This document shows, one piece after another, positions 39,028 through 51,200 of a DNA stretch of 64,000 nucleotides (positions are counted from its first letter, which is position 1; every line of letters begins with the position of its first letter). This DNA is from Mesotaenium endlicherianum (lineage: Eukaryota): positions 1 to 64,000 of the forward strand of contig WELA01002708.1 in the NCBI GenBank assembly GCA_009602735.1, read 5' to 3'. The notes under the pieces were generated by a model. That model was not told the DNA's origin. It made no database searches and saw nothing but the letters and a program-made list of their open reading frames with translations. Position numbers and translations under genes: made by a program.

Positions 39028-40775
39028 TGCCCAACGAAAGGACCATACCATCTGAAGCATCCAAAAGCGTATGCACATTTACCATCCTCTCGGGCGGCAA
39101 TGCGGTGTCCAGGACTTACCAGGTAATGGCCATCGCAGTTAATAAAGAGATCAACCGCATACCCGTTGCTACCATCATACTGGTAGACGGAGAACCTTCG
39201 AAAGAAACCTTCGCCATCAGTAACACGCCCGATTTTGAACCGGGCAAAGAGATCGAGATCAAGGCCGGTTACCGGAGTGATGAGAAAACGATTTTCAAAG
39301 GCATCGTTATCAAACATGGCATCAAAGTGCGGAAGACGAGTTCGGTATTGGTGATAGAATGCAAAGACAAAGCTGTTAAGATGACTGTGACCAGTAAGAG
39401 TAAATATTTCAAGGACAGCAAAGACAGTGATGTGATGGAACAACTGATCGGCGCACATCAACTGGATAAAGACGTAAGCGCTACCAACCTGCAACATAAA
39501 GAACTGGTACAATACAATACAACCGATTGGGACTTCATCATGTGCCGCGCAGATGCCAATGGTCTTTTATGCATGCCGAATGATGGCAAGATCACCATTG
39601 CCAAACCCAATTTCTCCGGTGATGCCGTACTTACTGTGCAATACGGCGCTACCGTGCACGACCTGGATGCAGAGATCGACGCCCGCTTCCAGTTAAAAGG
39701 TGTGAAAGCAACGGCCTGGGATCCATCGCAACAAAGCCTGGTAGATGGTATAGAAGCCGCAGATGCTGGTGTGCCCCAAGCAGGTAATATCAGCGCCAAC
39801 ACACTTGCAGGTGTTATTGGCGACGATGATTATGTGTTGAAACACAGCGGCAAACTGGTTGACCAGGAGCTGCAACAATGGGCCAATGCCAAACTATTGA
39901 AACACCGCCTGGCTAAAATAAGAGGCAGGGTAAGCACCGATGGTACGGCTGCTGTGCTGCCCGGAAAGATCATCCAGGTCAATGGCGCAGGCGACCGGTT
40001 CAACGGAAAATTATTTGTTACCGGTGTGCGGCATGAAATACAAAAAGGGAACTGGCTCACCACTTTTCAATTTGGTGTAGAGCCCGAATGGTTTGCACAA
40101 ACCTACGATGTGCAACAGCCGATGGCAGGCGCGCTATTGCCTGCCGTACAGGGATTGCAGTTGGGTGTGGTAACCAAACTCGAAAGCGATCCCGACGGAG
40201 AAGACCGGATCATGGTACGCTTGCCATTGATCGATACCGGTGACGATGGAATATGGAGCCGCGTGTGCTCTTTGGATGCAGGCGATAAGCGGGGTATGTT
40301 TTTCCGCCCCGAAATTGGCGATGAAGTGATCGTGGGATTCATCAACAACGATCCGCGCCACTCAGTGATACTGGGTATGTGCAACAGCAGTAAAAAGCCC
40401 GCTCCCCTCCAGGCAAGTGACCAAAATAATGAGAAGGGATATGTATCACGCAGCGCCATGAAAATGATCTTCAACGACGACAAAAAAACAATCAGCATAG
40501 AAACACCCGGCGGAAACAAAGTATTGATATCGGAAGAAAACAAGACCATCAAAATGGAAGACCAGAACGGCAATAAGTTCACCATGGATGAAAACGGCAT
40601 CAAGCTGGAAAGCATCAAAGACCTGACTTTAAAAGCGGCCAACGAATTCCAGGCGCAGGGCCTGAATACGACGGTTAAAAGCGATGCGCAATTGAAAGTG
40701 CAGGGCGGTTCCGGTGCAGAAGTTTCATCGGGCGGCAATACAGCCGTAAAAGGATCCATTGTTCAAATCAACTAA
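39027..40775 (+). CDS. vgrG: VgrG-like spike protein (Afp8-like)
   Basis: VQYNTTDWDF, PEIGDEVIVGF..DPR OB-fold, C-terminal beta-helix. Confidence 0.93.
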   Translation: MPNERTIPSEASKSVCTFTILSGGNAVSRTYQVMAIAVNKEINRIPVATIILVDGEPSKETFAISNTPDFEPGKEIEIKAGYRSDEKTIFKGIVIKHGIKVRKTSSVLVIECKDKAVKMTVTSKSKYFKDSKDSDVMEQLIGAHQLDKDVSATNLQHKELVQYNTTDWDFIMCRADANGLLCMPNDGKITIAKPNFSGDAVLTVQYGATVHDLDAEIDARFQLKGVKATAWDPSQQSLVDGIEAADAGVPQAGNISANTLAGVIGDDDYVLKHSGKLVDQELQQWANAKLLKHRLAKIRGRVSTDGTAAVLPGKIIQVNGAGDRFNGKLFVTGVRHEIQKGNWLTTFQFGVEPEWFAQTYDVQQPMAGALLPAVQGLQLGVVTKLESDPDGEDRIMVRLPLIDTGDDGIWSRVCSLDAGDKRGMFFRPEIGDEVIVGFINNDPRHSVILGMCNSSKKPAPLQASDQNNEKGYVSRSAMKMIFNDDKKTISIETPGGNKVLISEENKTIKMEDQNGNKFTMDENGIKLESIKDLTLKAANEFQAQGLNTTVKSDAQLKVQGGSGAEVSSGGNTAVKGSIVQIN

Positions 40776-40780
40776 AACGA

Positions 40781-41077
40781 ATGATTATGCCAGCAGCAGC
40801 AAAGATTGGAGATATGCATACCTGTCCTATGATGAACGGACCGGTGCCGCATGTAGGCGGACCTGTAACAGGCCCCGGTTGTGCCACAGTGCTCATCGGT
40901 GGCATGCCGGCTGCACGTGTGGGCGACATGCTCACTTGTGTGGGACCACCTGATACGATTGTACAAGGTTCGGCTACGGTAATGATCGGCGGAGCGCCGG
41001 CAGCAAGACAGGGAGATACCACAGCACACGGAGGCGTTATTGTAATGGGTACACCTACTGTGATCATTGGAGGATAA
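40781..41077 (+). CDS. PAAR-domain spike tip protein
   Basis: PAAAK, PAARVGD, PAARQGD repeats with Cys/His residues. Confidence 0.95.
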   Translation: MIMPAAAKIGDMHTCPMMNGPVPHVGGPVTGPGCATVLIGGMPAARVGDMLTCVGPPDTIVQGSATVMIGGAPAARQGDTTAHGGVIVMGTPTVIIGG

Positions 41078-41086
41078 AACAACATT

Positions 41087-41539
41087 ATGGCAACAATTAC
41101 AGCAATCAACGACGATTTCCTGGGCAAAGGATGGAGCTTCCCTCCCAACTTCAACGTAGGCAATGCAGGCGTGGACATGACGGAAAAAATGGAAGACATC
41201 CACAAAAGCCTGGAGATATTACTCACTACCACGATCGGTGAACGCGTGATGGAACCCAAATACGGCTGCAACATGGTGGACCTGTTGTTCGAACCGCTGA
41301 ACACTACAACGGTTACCATCATGAAAGACCGGATACAAACGGCCATACTGTATTTCGAACCGAGGATCGATGCCAAAAACATTGAACTCGATATGGATGA
41401 TAAAATAGAAGGTGTGGTGCTGATCAAAATTGAGTATGTGGTGCGCGCTACAAACTCAAGGTTCAATTTTGTTTACCCCTATTATAAAGACGAAGGAACT
41501 GAATTACAAATGGTGACTACCAACACACAGATAGCCTGA
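41087..41539 (+). CDS. gp25/GPW-like baseplate protein (Afp9-like)
   Basis: FLGKGWSFPP, GERVMEPKYG, FEPRI, NFVYPYY. Confidence 0.93.
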   Translation: MATITAINDDFLGKGWSFPPNFNVGNAGVDMTEKMEDIHKSLEILLTTTIGERVMEPKYGCNMVDLLFEPLNTTTVTIMKDRIQTAILYFEPRIDAKNIELDMDDKIEGVVLIKIEYVVRATNSRFNFVYPYYKDEGTELQMVTTNTQIA

Positions 41540-41545
41540 TAAATT

Positions 41546-44500
41546 ATGAGTTGCGACAATAAAAATCCTTTACAGCGAAATGGCACCGGCCAGCAGCAAC
41601 GCATGCCCGAAGCCCTGAAAGACGGCTATGTGCTGGTGGAAGAACGCGACTATAAAGAATGGATCGTATTTGCCAGCCAGTTCGCGCAATGGATCAAGTA
41701 TTTCGATAACACCAACCAGTCCAATGGCAACTGGCAATCCTTTTTCACCTCAGATATATCGGCCGTGCTGGGTAGCACCGCCATACAGGACATAGACGAA
41801 TACAGGCGTAGTTTCAAAGAAAAATTTGATGTGCTCAGGGCCGATAAGAACAAACTGAAGGCCGATCTGCTGAAAGAAACTTTCAACGGGTTATTCGGTG
41901 GCATACTTACTTTATGTGTGGCGATAGATGCAGCGGCTGCAAAATTACCCGATGGCAATCCATTGAAGGAAACCATTCAAAACCTGGTACGTTCCAGGCT
42001 GCAAAATGAATTCACCCAACTGCTGGCAGTGTACAAAGGTGCAGCGATAGCCAGTCTTGTAAAAGAAACAACTTATCCCGGCTGGTTCATTTTGAATAAA
42101 CAGGTAAAAAGCCCTTCTCATATTCTCACAAATGACCAGCTATCAGCCGCATGGCTGAATGGCGCTGCCACACTCAATGATTATTACCAGGCTGCCGGTC
42201 TGGCTGCGAATACAGAAATATTCGGAACAGGTACGGAACCCTGGCAGAAGATACACCACGCGGTGAATCATAATTTATTCACCGGCATTTTCGACCAGTT
42301 CCTCAAAGCCTATACTCGTATCATCAGCGATGCAGAGCATTTGTTGTTACAAACCCTCAGTAACTGGAGCAGTCATGCACCACATTATACTTTGTTCCTG
42401 ACTTTTCTGAAGCTGTTCAAATACGCCAAAGCAGGCATCAATACACTTACCCAACGTCATCTCGACTTTTATTATAAGGAAGTATTGTCGCTCGTGCCCA
42501 GGGCCGAAATACCCGATCATGTACACCTGGTAATGGAACTGGCCAAACAGACAAATGAATACATGCTTGCCAAAGGCAGTTTGTTCAAAGCAGGTAAAGA
42601 CAGTTTGGGAAAAGAATTGTTTTACGCACTCGATAAAGACACGGTATTCAATAAAGCTTCCATCGCAGCATTGATGAATGTGTACAAAGGCGATGCAGAT
42701 GATAAGACAGGTAAGATCAACAACAAAGGAAGACTCTTTGCGGCAGCCATAGCCAATTCACAGGATGGAAAAGGTGCAGAGCTGAAATCGCTCAATAAAG
42801 AATGGCATCCGTTTTTCATCAAGACCTACGCAGATGGCAAACTGAAATCCATCGATACGCCCCGGGCACAGGTGGGATTTGCAGTTGCTTCGCACTACCT
42901 CTACCTTACGGAAGGGGAACGGGCAATTGACCTCACCATGCAGTTTGCCGACGGCACTTACGAGGATATATCCGAAACCGGTGCCTTTGAATGTTACGCT
43001 ACTACTGACAAAGGGTGGTACCGGATCAAAACCTATGAAATATTTTGTAACACCAACAGTTCGGGTAAAGCCTATTATACCGTTCATATTATGTTGAACG
43101 GCAATGAACCGCCCATCACTAATTATGTGGCAGCTGTTCACGGCGGCTCATTCAATTGTAACCTGCCGGTAGTGAAAGTTTATCTCAACCAGGGCGATGA
43201 CATGTTTTATTATTACGATTCGCTGAGTGGATTGAAAATAGAAGATATCAAAGTGTCCGTATCCGTTGGCAATAGCAGTACGTATAGTCAAAGCGGATTG
43301 AAACAATTATCGGTAGCCAATGATGCCGGACTGGTAGATACTTCCAAACCTTTTCAACCTTTTGGCGCTTTGCCAAAAGCAGGCTCTTCAATATTCATTG
43401 GTAATAAAGAATTATTCTGTAAAAAGAATGCAGCCGTTGTATTGAATATTGAATGGAAAAATCTTCCGGCCAATGGCACACAGATCATTTTTCCCGCCGG
43501 CACGGCGCCAGGTGCAGCATTCAGACACCTGGCGAAAGGTGTCTGGACCAAAGACCTGGATACTTCCATTTTCAATGGCAGCACGGCAAAAGTAGCAGTT
43601 ACCAATGCAAGTGGCAAAGCCATTCCATTGGCAGATGAAACCATTGTGGATTATGCAGATACTTATCAACCTTATAACGGCAGCAGTAATAAAGGTTTCT
43701 TAAGATTGAGCCTGAACAATGATTTGGGCAACGACGCTTACCAAAATCAGAGGATCGTTTACCTGGTTAAATTGGCCAAAAATCCTACCATCACCGATCA
43801 ACCACCCGTTGCACCGTACACCCCCATGATCAGCTCACTCTATGCAAGCTATACCGCTTCTACCAACAGCCAATTGAACAAACAAGATCAAGCGGTTTAC
43901 AATGAAAGAACAGCACGCTATTTCCATCTTTACCCTTTTGGAGAAAGCGAGCAACACGCCTACCTGAACAAAAATGCAACGCTTGATTTTCTTCCGCAAT
44001 TCACACATGCAGAAGAAACCAAAGATCATATAGCAGATAACGGTTCTTTTTTCATTGGGTTAAAAGACCTGAAGCCACAGCAAAGCGTTAATGTGTTGTT
44101 TCAGGTAATGGAAGGCACCAGCGATCCTACCCTCTCTGTTACGGGTACATTGATTCATTGGAGTTATTTGCGCAATAACCAGTGGAAACCATTTGATGAA
44201 CAGTCAGTTGTTGATCAAACCAGGAGCCTCCGGCAGTCGGGCATTATTTCCTTTCAGATACCGGAAGACGCCACACTGCAACACACCATGATGCCAACCG
44301 GATTAATTTGGCTGAAAGCATCGGTTTCACCGCCCAATAAACCGGCTGCTGTATGCAAGCTCTTACATGTTGCTGCGCAAGCAGCTGCGGTCAGCTTTAC
44401 AGACCAGCACAACGCGCCTGATTTCCTGAACAATGCGTTGCCGGCCAATACCATTTCAAAATTGAAAGACCCGGTATCTGATGTGAAAAAGATCAGTCAG

Positions 44501-45271
44501 CCCTACCCTTCTTTCGGTGGCAAACCGGTGGAGACCAGCACTCATTTTTATATGCGGGTGAATGAAAGGCTGCGGCATAAAGACAGGGCCATTACCATCT
44601 GGGATTATGAACGGCTGGTGTTGGAAGCTTTTCCGGAAATACACCGCGTTAAATGCCTGAATCATACCAAATACATCAACAAAGATTACAACGAAGTAGC
44701 GCCCGGACATGTTACAGTGATCACCATACCCGATCTCGTCAACCGCAATGACATCAACCCTTTGCGGCCCTATACCAATGCCGATACGCTTGACCAGGTA
44801 AAAGAATTCCTGCAAAAAAGGATATCATGTCATGTACAGTTGAATGTTTGCAATCCTGTTTTTGAAGATGTGTTGCTGGAGTTCAACCTGAAATTATTTT
44901 CCGGTTATGAATTCAGCTACTACAGCAATTTGCTGAAAGAAAACATCACTGCATTGCTCAGCCCATGGGCTTATGGTAAAGCAGATGATATACGCTTTGG
45001 CGGTAAAATAGAAAAATCGGTGCTCATCAATTTTATTGAAAGCCAGTATTACGTGGATTATATCACCGATGTAAAAATGTATCACCTCACCGAAAACAAC
45101 CAGGCAACACTTACAGATGAAGACGAGATAACGGCTTCCATGGCCATATCCATCCTGGTATCGGTGCCGGCAGACAAACACCTGGTGCATCAAATACCCG
45201 ATGATACGGCAACAAACAAGATAACGATCTGTAAAGACGAGTATAACAAACTAACCCATGAAAAGGATTGA
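41546..45271 (+). CDS. Extended baseplate J-like wedge protein (Afp11-like)
   Basis: PHYTLFLTF, HLDFYYKEVL, ERLRHKDRAITIWDYERLVL, LSPW. Confidence 0.88.
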   Translation: MSCDNKNPLQRNGTGQQQRMPEALKDGYVLVEERDYKEWIVFASQFAQWIKYFDNTNQSNGNWQSFFTSDISAVLGSTAIQDIDEYRRSFKEKFDVLRADKNKLKADLLKETFNGLFGGILTLCVAIDAAAAKLPDGNPLKETIQNLVRSRLQNEFTQLLAVYKGAAIASLVKETTYPGWFILNKQVKSPSHILTNDQLSAAWLNGAATLNDYYQAAGLAANTEIFGTGTEPWQKIHHAVNHNLFTGIFDQFLKAYTRIISDAEHLLLQTLSNWSSHAPHYTLFLTFLKLFKYAKAGINTLTQRHLDFYYKEVLSLVPRAEIPDHVHLVMELAKQTNEYMLAKGSLFKAGKDSLGKELFYALDKDTVFNKASIAALMNVYKGDADDKTGKINNKGRLFAAAIANSQDGKGAELKSLNKEWHPFFIKTYADGKLKSIDTPRAQVGFAVASHYLYLTEGERAIDLTMQFADGTYEDISETGAFECYATTDKGWYRIKTYEIFCNTNSSGKAYYTVHIMLNGNEPPITNYVAAVHGGSFNCNLPVVKVYLNQGDDMFYYYDSLSGLKIEDIKVSVSVGNSSTYSQSGLKQLSVANDAGLVDTSKPFQPFGALPKAGSSIFIGNKELFCKKNAAVVLNIEWKNLPANGTQIIFPAGTAPGAAFRHLAKGVWTKDLDTSIFNGSTAKVAVTNASGKAIPLADETIVDYADTYQPYNGSSNKGFLRLSLNNDLGNDAYQNQRIVYLVKLAKNPTITDQPPVAPYTPMISSLYASYTASTNSQLNKQDQAVYNERTARYFHLYPFGESEQHAYLNKNATLDFLPQFTHAEETKDHIADNGSFFIGLKDLKPQQSVNVLFQVMEGTSDPTLSVTGTLIHWSYLRNNQWKPFDEQSVVDQTRSLRQSGIISFQIPEDATLQHTMMPTGLIWLKASVSPPNKPAAVCKLLHVAAQAAAVSFTDQHNAPDFLNNALPANTISKLKDPVSDVKKISQPYPSFGGKPVETSTHFYMRVNERLRHKDRAITIWDYERLVLEAFPEIHRVKCLNHTKYINKDYNEVAPGHVTVITIPDLVNRNDINPLRPYTNADTLDQVKEFLQKRISCHVQLNVCNPVFEDVLLEFNLKLFSGYEFSYYSNLLKENITALLSPWAYGKADDIRFGGKIEKSVLINFIESQYYVDYITDVKMYHLTENNQATLTDEDEITASMAISILVSVPADKHLVHQIPDDTATNKITICKDEYNKLTHEKD

Positions 45272-45274
45272 GAC

Positions 45275-48274
45275 ATGGCAGATTACACTACCATAGCAAA
45301 GAACCCAACACTTGAACCAGGCCAGGACTACCGGCTGCTGCGACAAGTGGGACTAGACTATATTGAATCACTGGGCAGTCAATACTGGACAGATTACAAT
45401 ATCCATGACCCGGGCATTACCATACTCGAACTACTCTCCTATGCCATTACCGACCTGGGTTATCGCACCGCTTTGAACATCAAAGACCTGCTGGCGCCAC
45501 CGCCGGGCGAAAAAATGGATCCTGCCGAACAGGCTTTCTTTACAGCGCGGGAGATATTAACGGTGAATCCCTGGACAGTAGCCGATTACCGAAAACTGCT
45601 CATTGATATTCCCGGCATCAAGAACGCCTGGCTGCAATGCATGTGTTGCCCGTGCGATGATATGTTTCTCTATGCCAACTGTAAAAAAAGTGCATTGCAA
45701 TATGCCGCCACCGAGCATACCATCATTATAAAAGGCATGTACGATGTGCAATTGGAATTTGAAGATGACCTTGTACTGGGCGATCTCAACAGTGGCAAAA
45801 TATTGTATCCATTCAATATCGCGGCAAACAATGGAACGGCTACTATTGAAATGCGGTTGCCTTCCTACAAGGCGTTGATGAAAGACGCGGCTACTAAAAC
45901 ATTCCTCCTGGCATTGCAACACGAAGCGGGAATGACCATCCATGTACAATTCATTTCGGGCAACAAGAAAGACAACCTGAACATTCCGCAGGCCGATCTG
46001 TACAAAGGGTTGCGCAATCCTTTGTATGCAACGTTTACCATCATTAATGGTGGCAAATCGATGGTGATGCGGGATATTCCTTTCACCGTATGGTTGAACA
46101 GCGATGCTGATGGGAAAGCGCTGACCATTACCGATTTGCAAAATGCCATCAGCGATGCTACCAGCCAGGGCATCCTGAGAAAATACATTGCTAAAATAGT
46201 ATTGGCCGATACTGCATTACAGCAGGCTACCAATGCTTTACAGGCACATCGTAACCTCTGCGAAGATTTTTGCAGCATCGATGCCGTTGAAACGGAAGAT
46301 ATTGCTATCTGCGCCGATCTCGATGTAACGCCAGATGCAGATATAGAGAAGATACTGGCAGAAGCTTATTACCAGATAGACCAATATTTCAGTCCGGATA
46401 TACAATTCTTTTCCCTCAAGGAAATGCTGGCTGCGGGCTACGCAGTGGATACCATCTTCAATGGCCCTCCCCTCGGCAGCGGGTTTATTAAAGACGACCA
46501 ATTAGCGTCTACCCAATTGAAAAAATCATTGTATACATCTGATATCATTGCCATATTGATGAATATCCCCGGCGTGCTGGCTGTAAGGAACCTGATCTTG
46601 TCGCCTTACGATAAAGATGGCAACCGGTTAAAAGGAGAACAATGGGTACTATCCGTAGATAAAGGATACCAGCCGCGTTTGTATCTGACAGGCTCCAAGT
46701 TCCTGGTATTTAAAAATGGACTTCCCTTTTTACCCGATAAACTGGAATTGCAGGATACGTTGAAAGTGATAGAAGGCCATCACCAGCGGCCCAAATTTGC
46801 AATTGGCGATAATGACTTACCTGTACCTCCGGGTCATTATTATGAGTTGGGAGATTATTACCCATTGCAATATTCACTGCCCGCCACCTATGGTGTGGGT
46901 TACCGGCAATTACCGGTCAACGTCTCTTTGCAACGCAAGGCGCAAGCCCAGCAGCTCAAAGCTTACCTGTTGTTCTTTGAACAGTTATTGCTGAATTATC
47001 TTGAACAGTTGCGTCATGTAAGTGATCTTTTTTCTGTAGACCACCAGGTAAGCCGTACTTATTTCTCTAAAACGATCGGCACCACCCTGGTAGACGGCAT
47101 CGATGAAATATATACCATCGATGCTGCGAACCTGCAAGCGCTCTCGGAAACCGAACCGGTCTTCCTCAACAGGCGCAACCGTTTCCTCGATTACCTGATG
47201 GCCAGGTTCGGCGAACAGTTCAACGATTATGCGCTGATGTTGTATTCTTATACCGATAATAAAAAGATCGCCGACAAAATACTCATCAATGATAAGATCG
47301 CTTTCATTGAACAAATACCTGTTACCGGCAGCAACAGGGCAAGAGCCTATAACTATAAAGACGCAGGCAATATCTGTAACGATAACAATATTTCCGGATT
47401 GAAGAAAAGGATACAACAATTATTGGGTATCAAAGAGCTGGACGATTATATTGTCTTTGCCGAAGAAACCAATGCGCAGGGAAAAATAACCAGCCGGAAA
47501 TGGCAACTCGAAGATGAGAACGGACTGGTGTATTTAATTGGCAAAACCGATTACAGCAGCGACTCCCGGGAAGATGCCGTAAATAAAGCCAAAAAAGAAA
47601 TCAATTCCTTCATCGGTTATCTCACAGATAAGAACAGTTACGATGTGCGAAAAAGCAAGCAGTGGGTACTTACGCTGCTGAACGGCAAAAAAGAACCCAT
47701 CGCAGAGAACCCCACCCCTTTCAGCAAAAAGGCCGATGGTGTAGCATATATCGATACTACCGTTGCTTTTGTGAACGATCTGCTACTGGCAGAGAAAATA
47801 CTGGTGGTTGAACATCTGTTGTTGCGTCCAAGGAACAAGCCTGGTAAAGACTTCCCCAAAGGCGATCCTTTATTGTCAATCTGTATTCCACCCGATTGCA
47901 AACTCTGCGGCGAGGAAGACCCTTATTCTTTCCGCCTCACCATTGTAATGAACGGAGAGAAAGGACTGGCCAACTCCGGCATCGAATTCAGGCGGTTTGC
48001 AGAAACCACCATCCGCATGGAAATACCCGCGCACCTGGGATTGAAGATATGCTGGGTAACAGGTAAACAATTGGATCAATTTGAAAAACTGTATTGCGCC
48101 TGGCAGAAAGCACTGGCAAAAGCAGCGCCCGACGCAAAAGACCTGCACCAGCAACTGAAAGACCTGTTGGATGAATTCTCCAATTTAAAGAGCGTCTACC
48201 CCAAAGCCACGCTTCATGATTGTATTGATGGAGATGATCAGAACCGTGTTTATTTAAACCAGACCATCATTTAA
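45275..48274 (+). CDS. Second baseplate protein (Afp12-like)
   Basis: WTDYNIHDPGITILE, DYRKLLID, HRNLCEDF, VEHLLLRP, DPYSFR, EIPAH. Confidence 0.82.
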   Translation: MADYTTIAKNPTLEPGQDYRLLRQVGLDYIESLGSQYWTDYNIHDPGITILELLSYAITDLGYRTALNIKDLLAPPPGEKMDPAEQAFFTAREILTVNPWTVADYRKLLIDIPGIKNAWLQCMCCPCDDMFLYANCKKSALQYAATEHTIIIKGMYDVQLEFEDDLVLGDLNSGKILYPFNIAANNGTATIEMRLPSYKALMKDAATKTFLLALQHEAGMTIHVQFISGNKKDNLNIPQADLYKGLRNPLYATFTIINGGKSMVMRDIPFTVWLNSDADGKALTITDLQNAISDATSQGILRKYIAKIVLADTALQQATNALQAHRNLCEDFCSIDAVETEDIAICADLDVTPDADIEKILAEAYYQIDQYFSPDIQFFSLKEMLAAGYAVDTIFNGPPLGSGFIKDDQLASTQLKKSLYTSDIIAILMNIPGVLAVRNLILSPYDKDGNRLKGEQWVLSVDKGYQPRLYLTGSKFLVFKNGLPFLPDKLELQDTLKVIEGHHQRPKFAIGDNDLPVPPGHYYELGDYYPLQYSLPATYGVGYRQLPVNVSLQRKAQAQQLKAYLLFFEQLLLNYLEQLRHVSDLFSVDHQVSRTYFSKTIGTTLVDGIDEIYTIDAANLQALSETEPVFLNRRNRFLDYLMARFGEQFNDYALMLYSYTDNKKIADKILINDKIAFIEQIPVTGSNRARAYNYKDAGNICNDNNISGLKKRIQQLLGIKELDDYIVFAEETNAQGKITSRKWQLEDENGLVYLIGKTDYSSDSREDAVNKAKKEINSFIGYLTDKNSYDVRKSKQWVLTLLNGKKEPIAENPTPFSKKADGVAYIDTTVAFVNDLLLAEKILVVEHLLLRPRNKPGKDFPKGDPLLSICIPPDCKLCGEEDPYSFRLTIVMNGEKGLANSGIEFRRFAETTIRMEIPAHLGLKICWVTGKQLDQFEKLYCAWQKALAKAAPDAKDLHQQLKDLLDEFSNLKSVYPKATLHDCIDGDDQNRVYLNQTII

Positions 48275-48285
48275 ACGAAATAGTT

Positions 48286-51200
48286 ATGCAGCAAACGCAA
48301 TTCAACTATCCGGAATTTGTACCCGACCAATTGCTCACCTCCGGCAACCTGAATGAGCTGTTTGGTTACCTGGAAGAGCAGGAAAGGATCACCAGGACCA
48401 ACCTGCTGGGTATTGGTATTGTATGCGGACTGGAAGTGAGAACAAATACTTCAGGTACCGAATTAACCATTACCAAAGGCTGTGGCGTCACATCAGACGG
48501 ATACCTGGTTTCTTTTCCGGAAACCACGTACACGCAATACAAAGCCTATGATCCGGTCAAACAAAAATATTACGAGCGTTTTGTAGACATAAAGCCCGAT
48601 GATAAGAGCAAAAAACTGTTCGACCTGGACGAGTTGGTGGAATCGGCGGTAGCAGAGAAAACCACGTCGCTCTCGGCTGCGTACCTGGCCGATAAGGTAG
48701 TGTTGTTATATGTGGAGTTGTTGGAAGAGAACGCCAAGAACTGCAATCCCAATTCCTGCGACGACAAAGGGAAAGAAGTCACCATTACGTTCAAACCCCT
48801 GCTGGTTAACAAAGCCGTGGCAGATAAATGGCTTAGCCAGCAAGCATCGGGAAGCACACCTGCTGCTTATCTCGCCCTGCCCATATTAAAGATGCACCGG
48901 TTCAATATCATTGCTACCCAGTTGCGATCATCGGGGCAAGTGCTGGAAGAGTACCGTAAAATACTCAACCCTGCTTTTATCGACAGCGTGCAAAATGCTT
49001 TCATTGAAACCTACAAGCTATTATCGCCATTGGTGAAAGATTTATATGGCACGAATCCTTTTGCCAAATTCTCGCAAGAGTTTGCCTTTTTACATACAAC
49101 CATCAATCAAACAGAAGCGATCAACCTGCAATATTATTACGACCTGTTTTCCGATCTGGTGTTGGCTTATGAAGAACTCAGGGAAACAGGTATGGAGATC
49201 ATCAGCATGTGTTCACCCGATCACAACCTATTCCGTTTACATTTATTGCTCGACCTGGCCATTCACGATGCAGGCGCCATTTCCAGTCAATACAGAACTT
49301 ACTTCATCCCCTCCCCGATCCTCGGTTGTCATTGCAAACAAACCGTTCGTCTGCGCTGGTTGTTTAAAAGAATGGTATTGATGCTGCAAAATTTTTTCAT
49401 TTCATTATCTGTGAAAGGCGGTTTCGGCGCTTCCTGGAAACTGGAATATGAAATGCTGGTGAAAAGAAGCATCCATACCTCCATACGCATTACACCCAGC
49501 AGGCTGGGTAATATAGAACTGGCAGAAAAATCCATCCCTTTTTATTACCAAGTGGCACAGGGAAAGGATAAGTTATACGAAGCATGGAGCCTGGAACGCA
49601 GCCAGGAAAGCAGCGCCCGGGAGATACTCTCCTATCATGCAGATGAATATGCAAACGACGACTATACCAAAAACCCTTTGCGTTACGACCTGGAGCCGTA
49701 TAATTTTTTGCGGATAGAAGGACATATCGGGCAGCCTTACAAGACTGCACTGAGAACCATCCTGAGTATTCGTAACCAGTATCGTCTTCCCTTCGATGTG
49801 ATTGCTTTGAGTGCCGATATCAATTCATTGAAAACCTCGCTGGAATCATTGGGTAAGATGGATACCGTATCGAAACTCATTGAACAATACGCAGAGCAGT
49901 TACAATGCGATTGTGAATTCCAGGACCTGGAAGCTCTGTACGATACTTTATCGGCCGAGCTTACCTGCACCTTATGTAAGGAAGCAAAATATTACTACGA
50001 CATCAGTATTACAAAAGCCGCAGCAGACGTGCAACCGGCTGCGCCCAAATTCCCGCTCCTGAAAAAATGCGATCCCTCTTTCAAAGTGAAGCCCGGTACC
50101 CTGGGTTATGAATTTGAACAATATTATGCCCGTACGGCAAAAATATCGGCGGCAGAGTATATGATGTACAGTTACGATAACAGGGCGATGTATGAAAATG
50201 CATACACACAATATTTTGCTTTGTTGCTGAGCATGGGTAAACTGACCGATACACTCACGCTTACGCTGGGAACTTTCAACCAGGCACATTTCGATACGGC
50301 GTATACTGCAATGCTTGCTACCGCTGAAAGGATCAGGGTACAGATCACCAATGCAGCAGGCGCCCTTTCTGCAGAAAGAGCCCAGACATTGGTGCACATC
50401 GATCAACTGATTGCTGTTTGCATACAGAAACAAATAGACACTTTATACAGGGATTACCTGTTGCGATGGGTATATGTGATGATGCTCCAGAAGTTCGGCT
50501 ATTTCATCCAATCACACCCTGGCATTCAACACAAAGCCGGTGTTCCGGTTGGGGGCACTTTCATCCTGGTTTATCATGAAAAGCCTATTGGGTACACGCC
50601 AATAGATATTGCAAAAGGAGAAGTGATGTTGGCAGAAAACGCCGGCATGCGAACCGCTGTTGAAAAAAAATATTCTGTTGCTACGCATATAAAAGATTTG
50701 CTGGGCAATATTCCCATGGGATCGAGGTATATAGGAGGCAGCCGCAACATATACAAGACGCCGGTAAAAACAATAGAGAAAGAGCCGGTTGAAATGGCTC
50801 CGGATGAATTCAAGATCGCCACCGAAAAGCAACTGGAAGCCTTGCATACCTTGCTCGACACTACGCATGAAAAAGAAATCGACCTCGACAAAGTATTATC
50901 AAACCTGGCCAACTATACGGTGATTGCAGATTTTTATCTTCCTTACCTCTGTTGCTCAGATTGTCCGCCTGTGTTGTTTACTGTAAACGAACTGGTTGTT
51001 CAACCTAAAATAAATGTTACACCCACTACTTTCTGTTCGGGTGACAGCAAAACCTATCCCATCGATAGCTCTCCAGCAGGTGGTGAAGTAACAGGCGAAG
51101 GTGTTACAAAAGACAACAATAACAAATACGGCTTTACTCCCAACGCCATTAAACTGGCTCCGGCAGATAAAGAGAAGCATATTACACTCACGTATACCAT

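Noticed and set aside
39027..41539. Type VI secretion system (VgrG, PAAR, gp25)
   Set aside because: Single-chain phage-type sheath and gp19-like tubes rather than TssB/TssC/Hcp; no ClpV or membrane complex in the window
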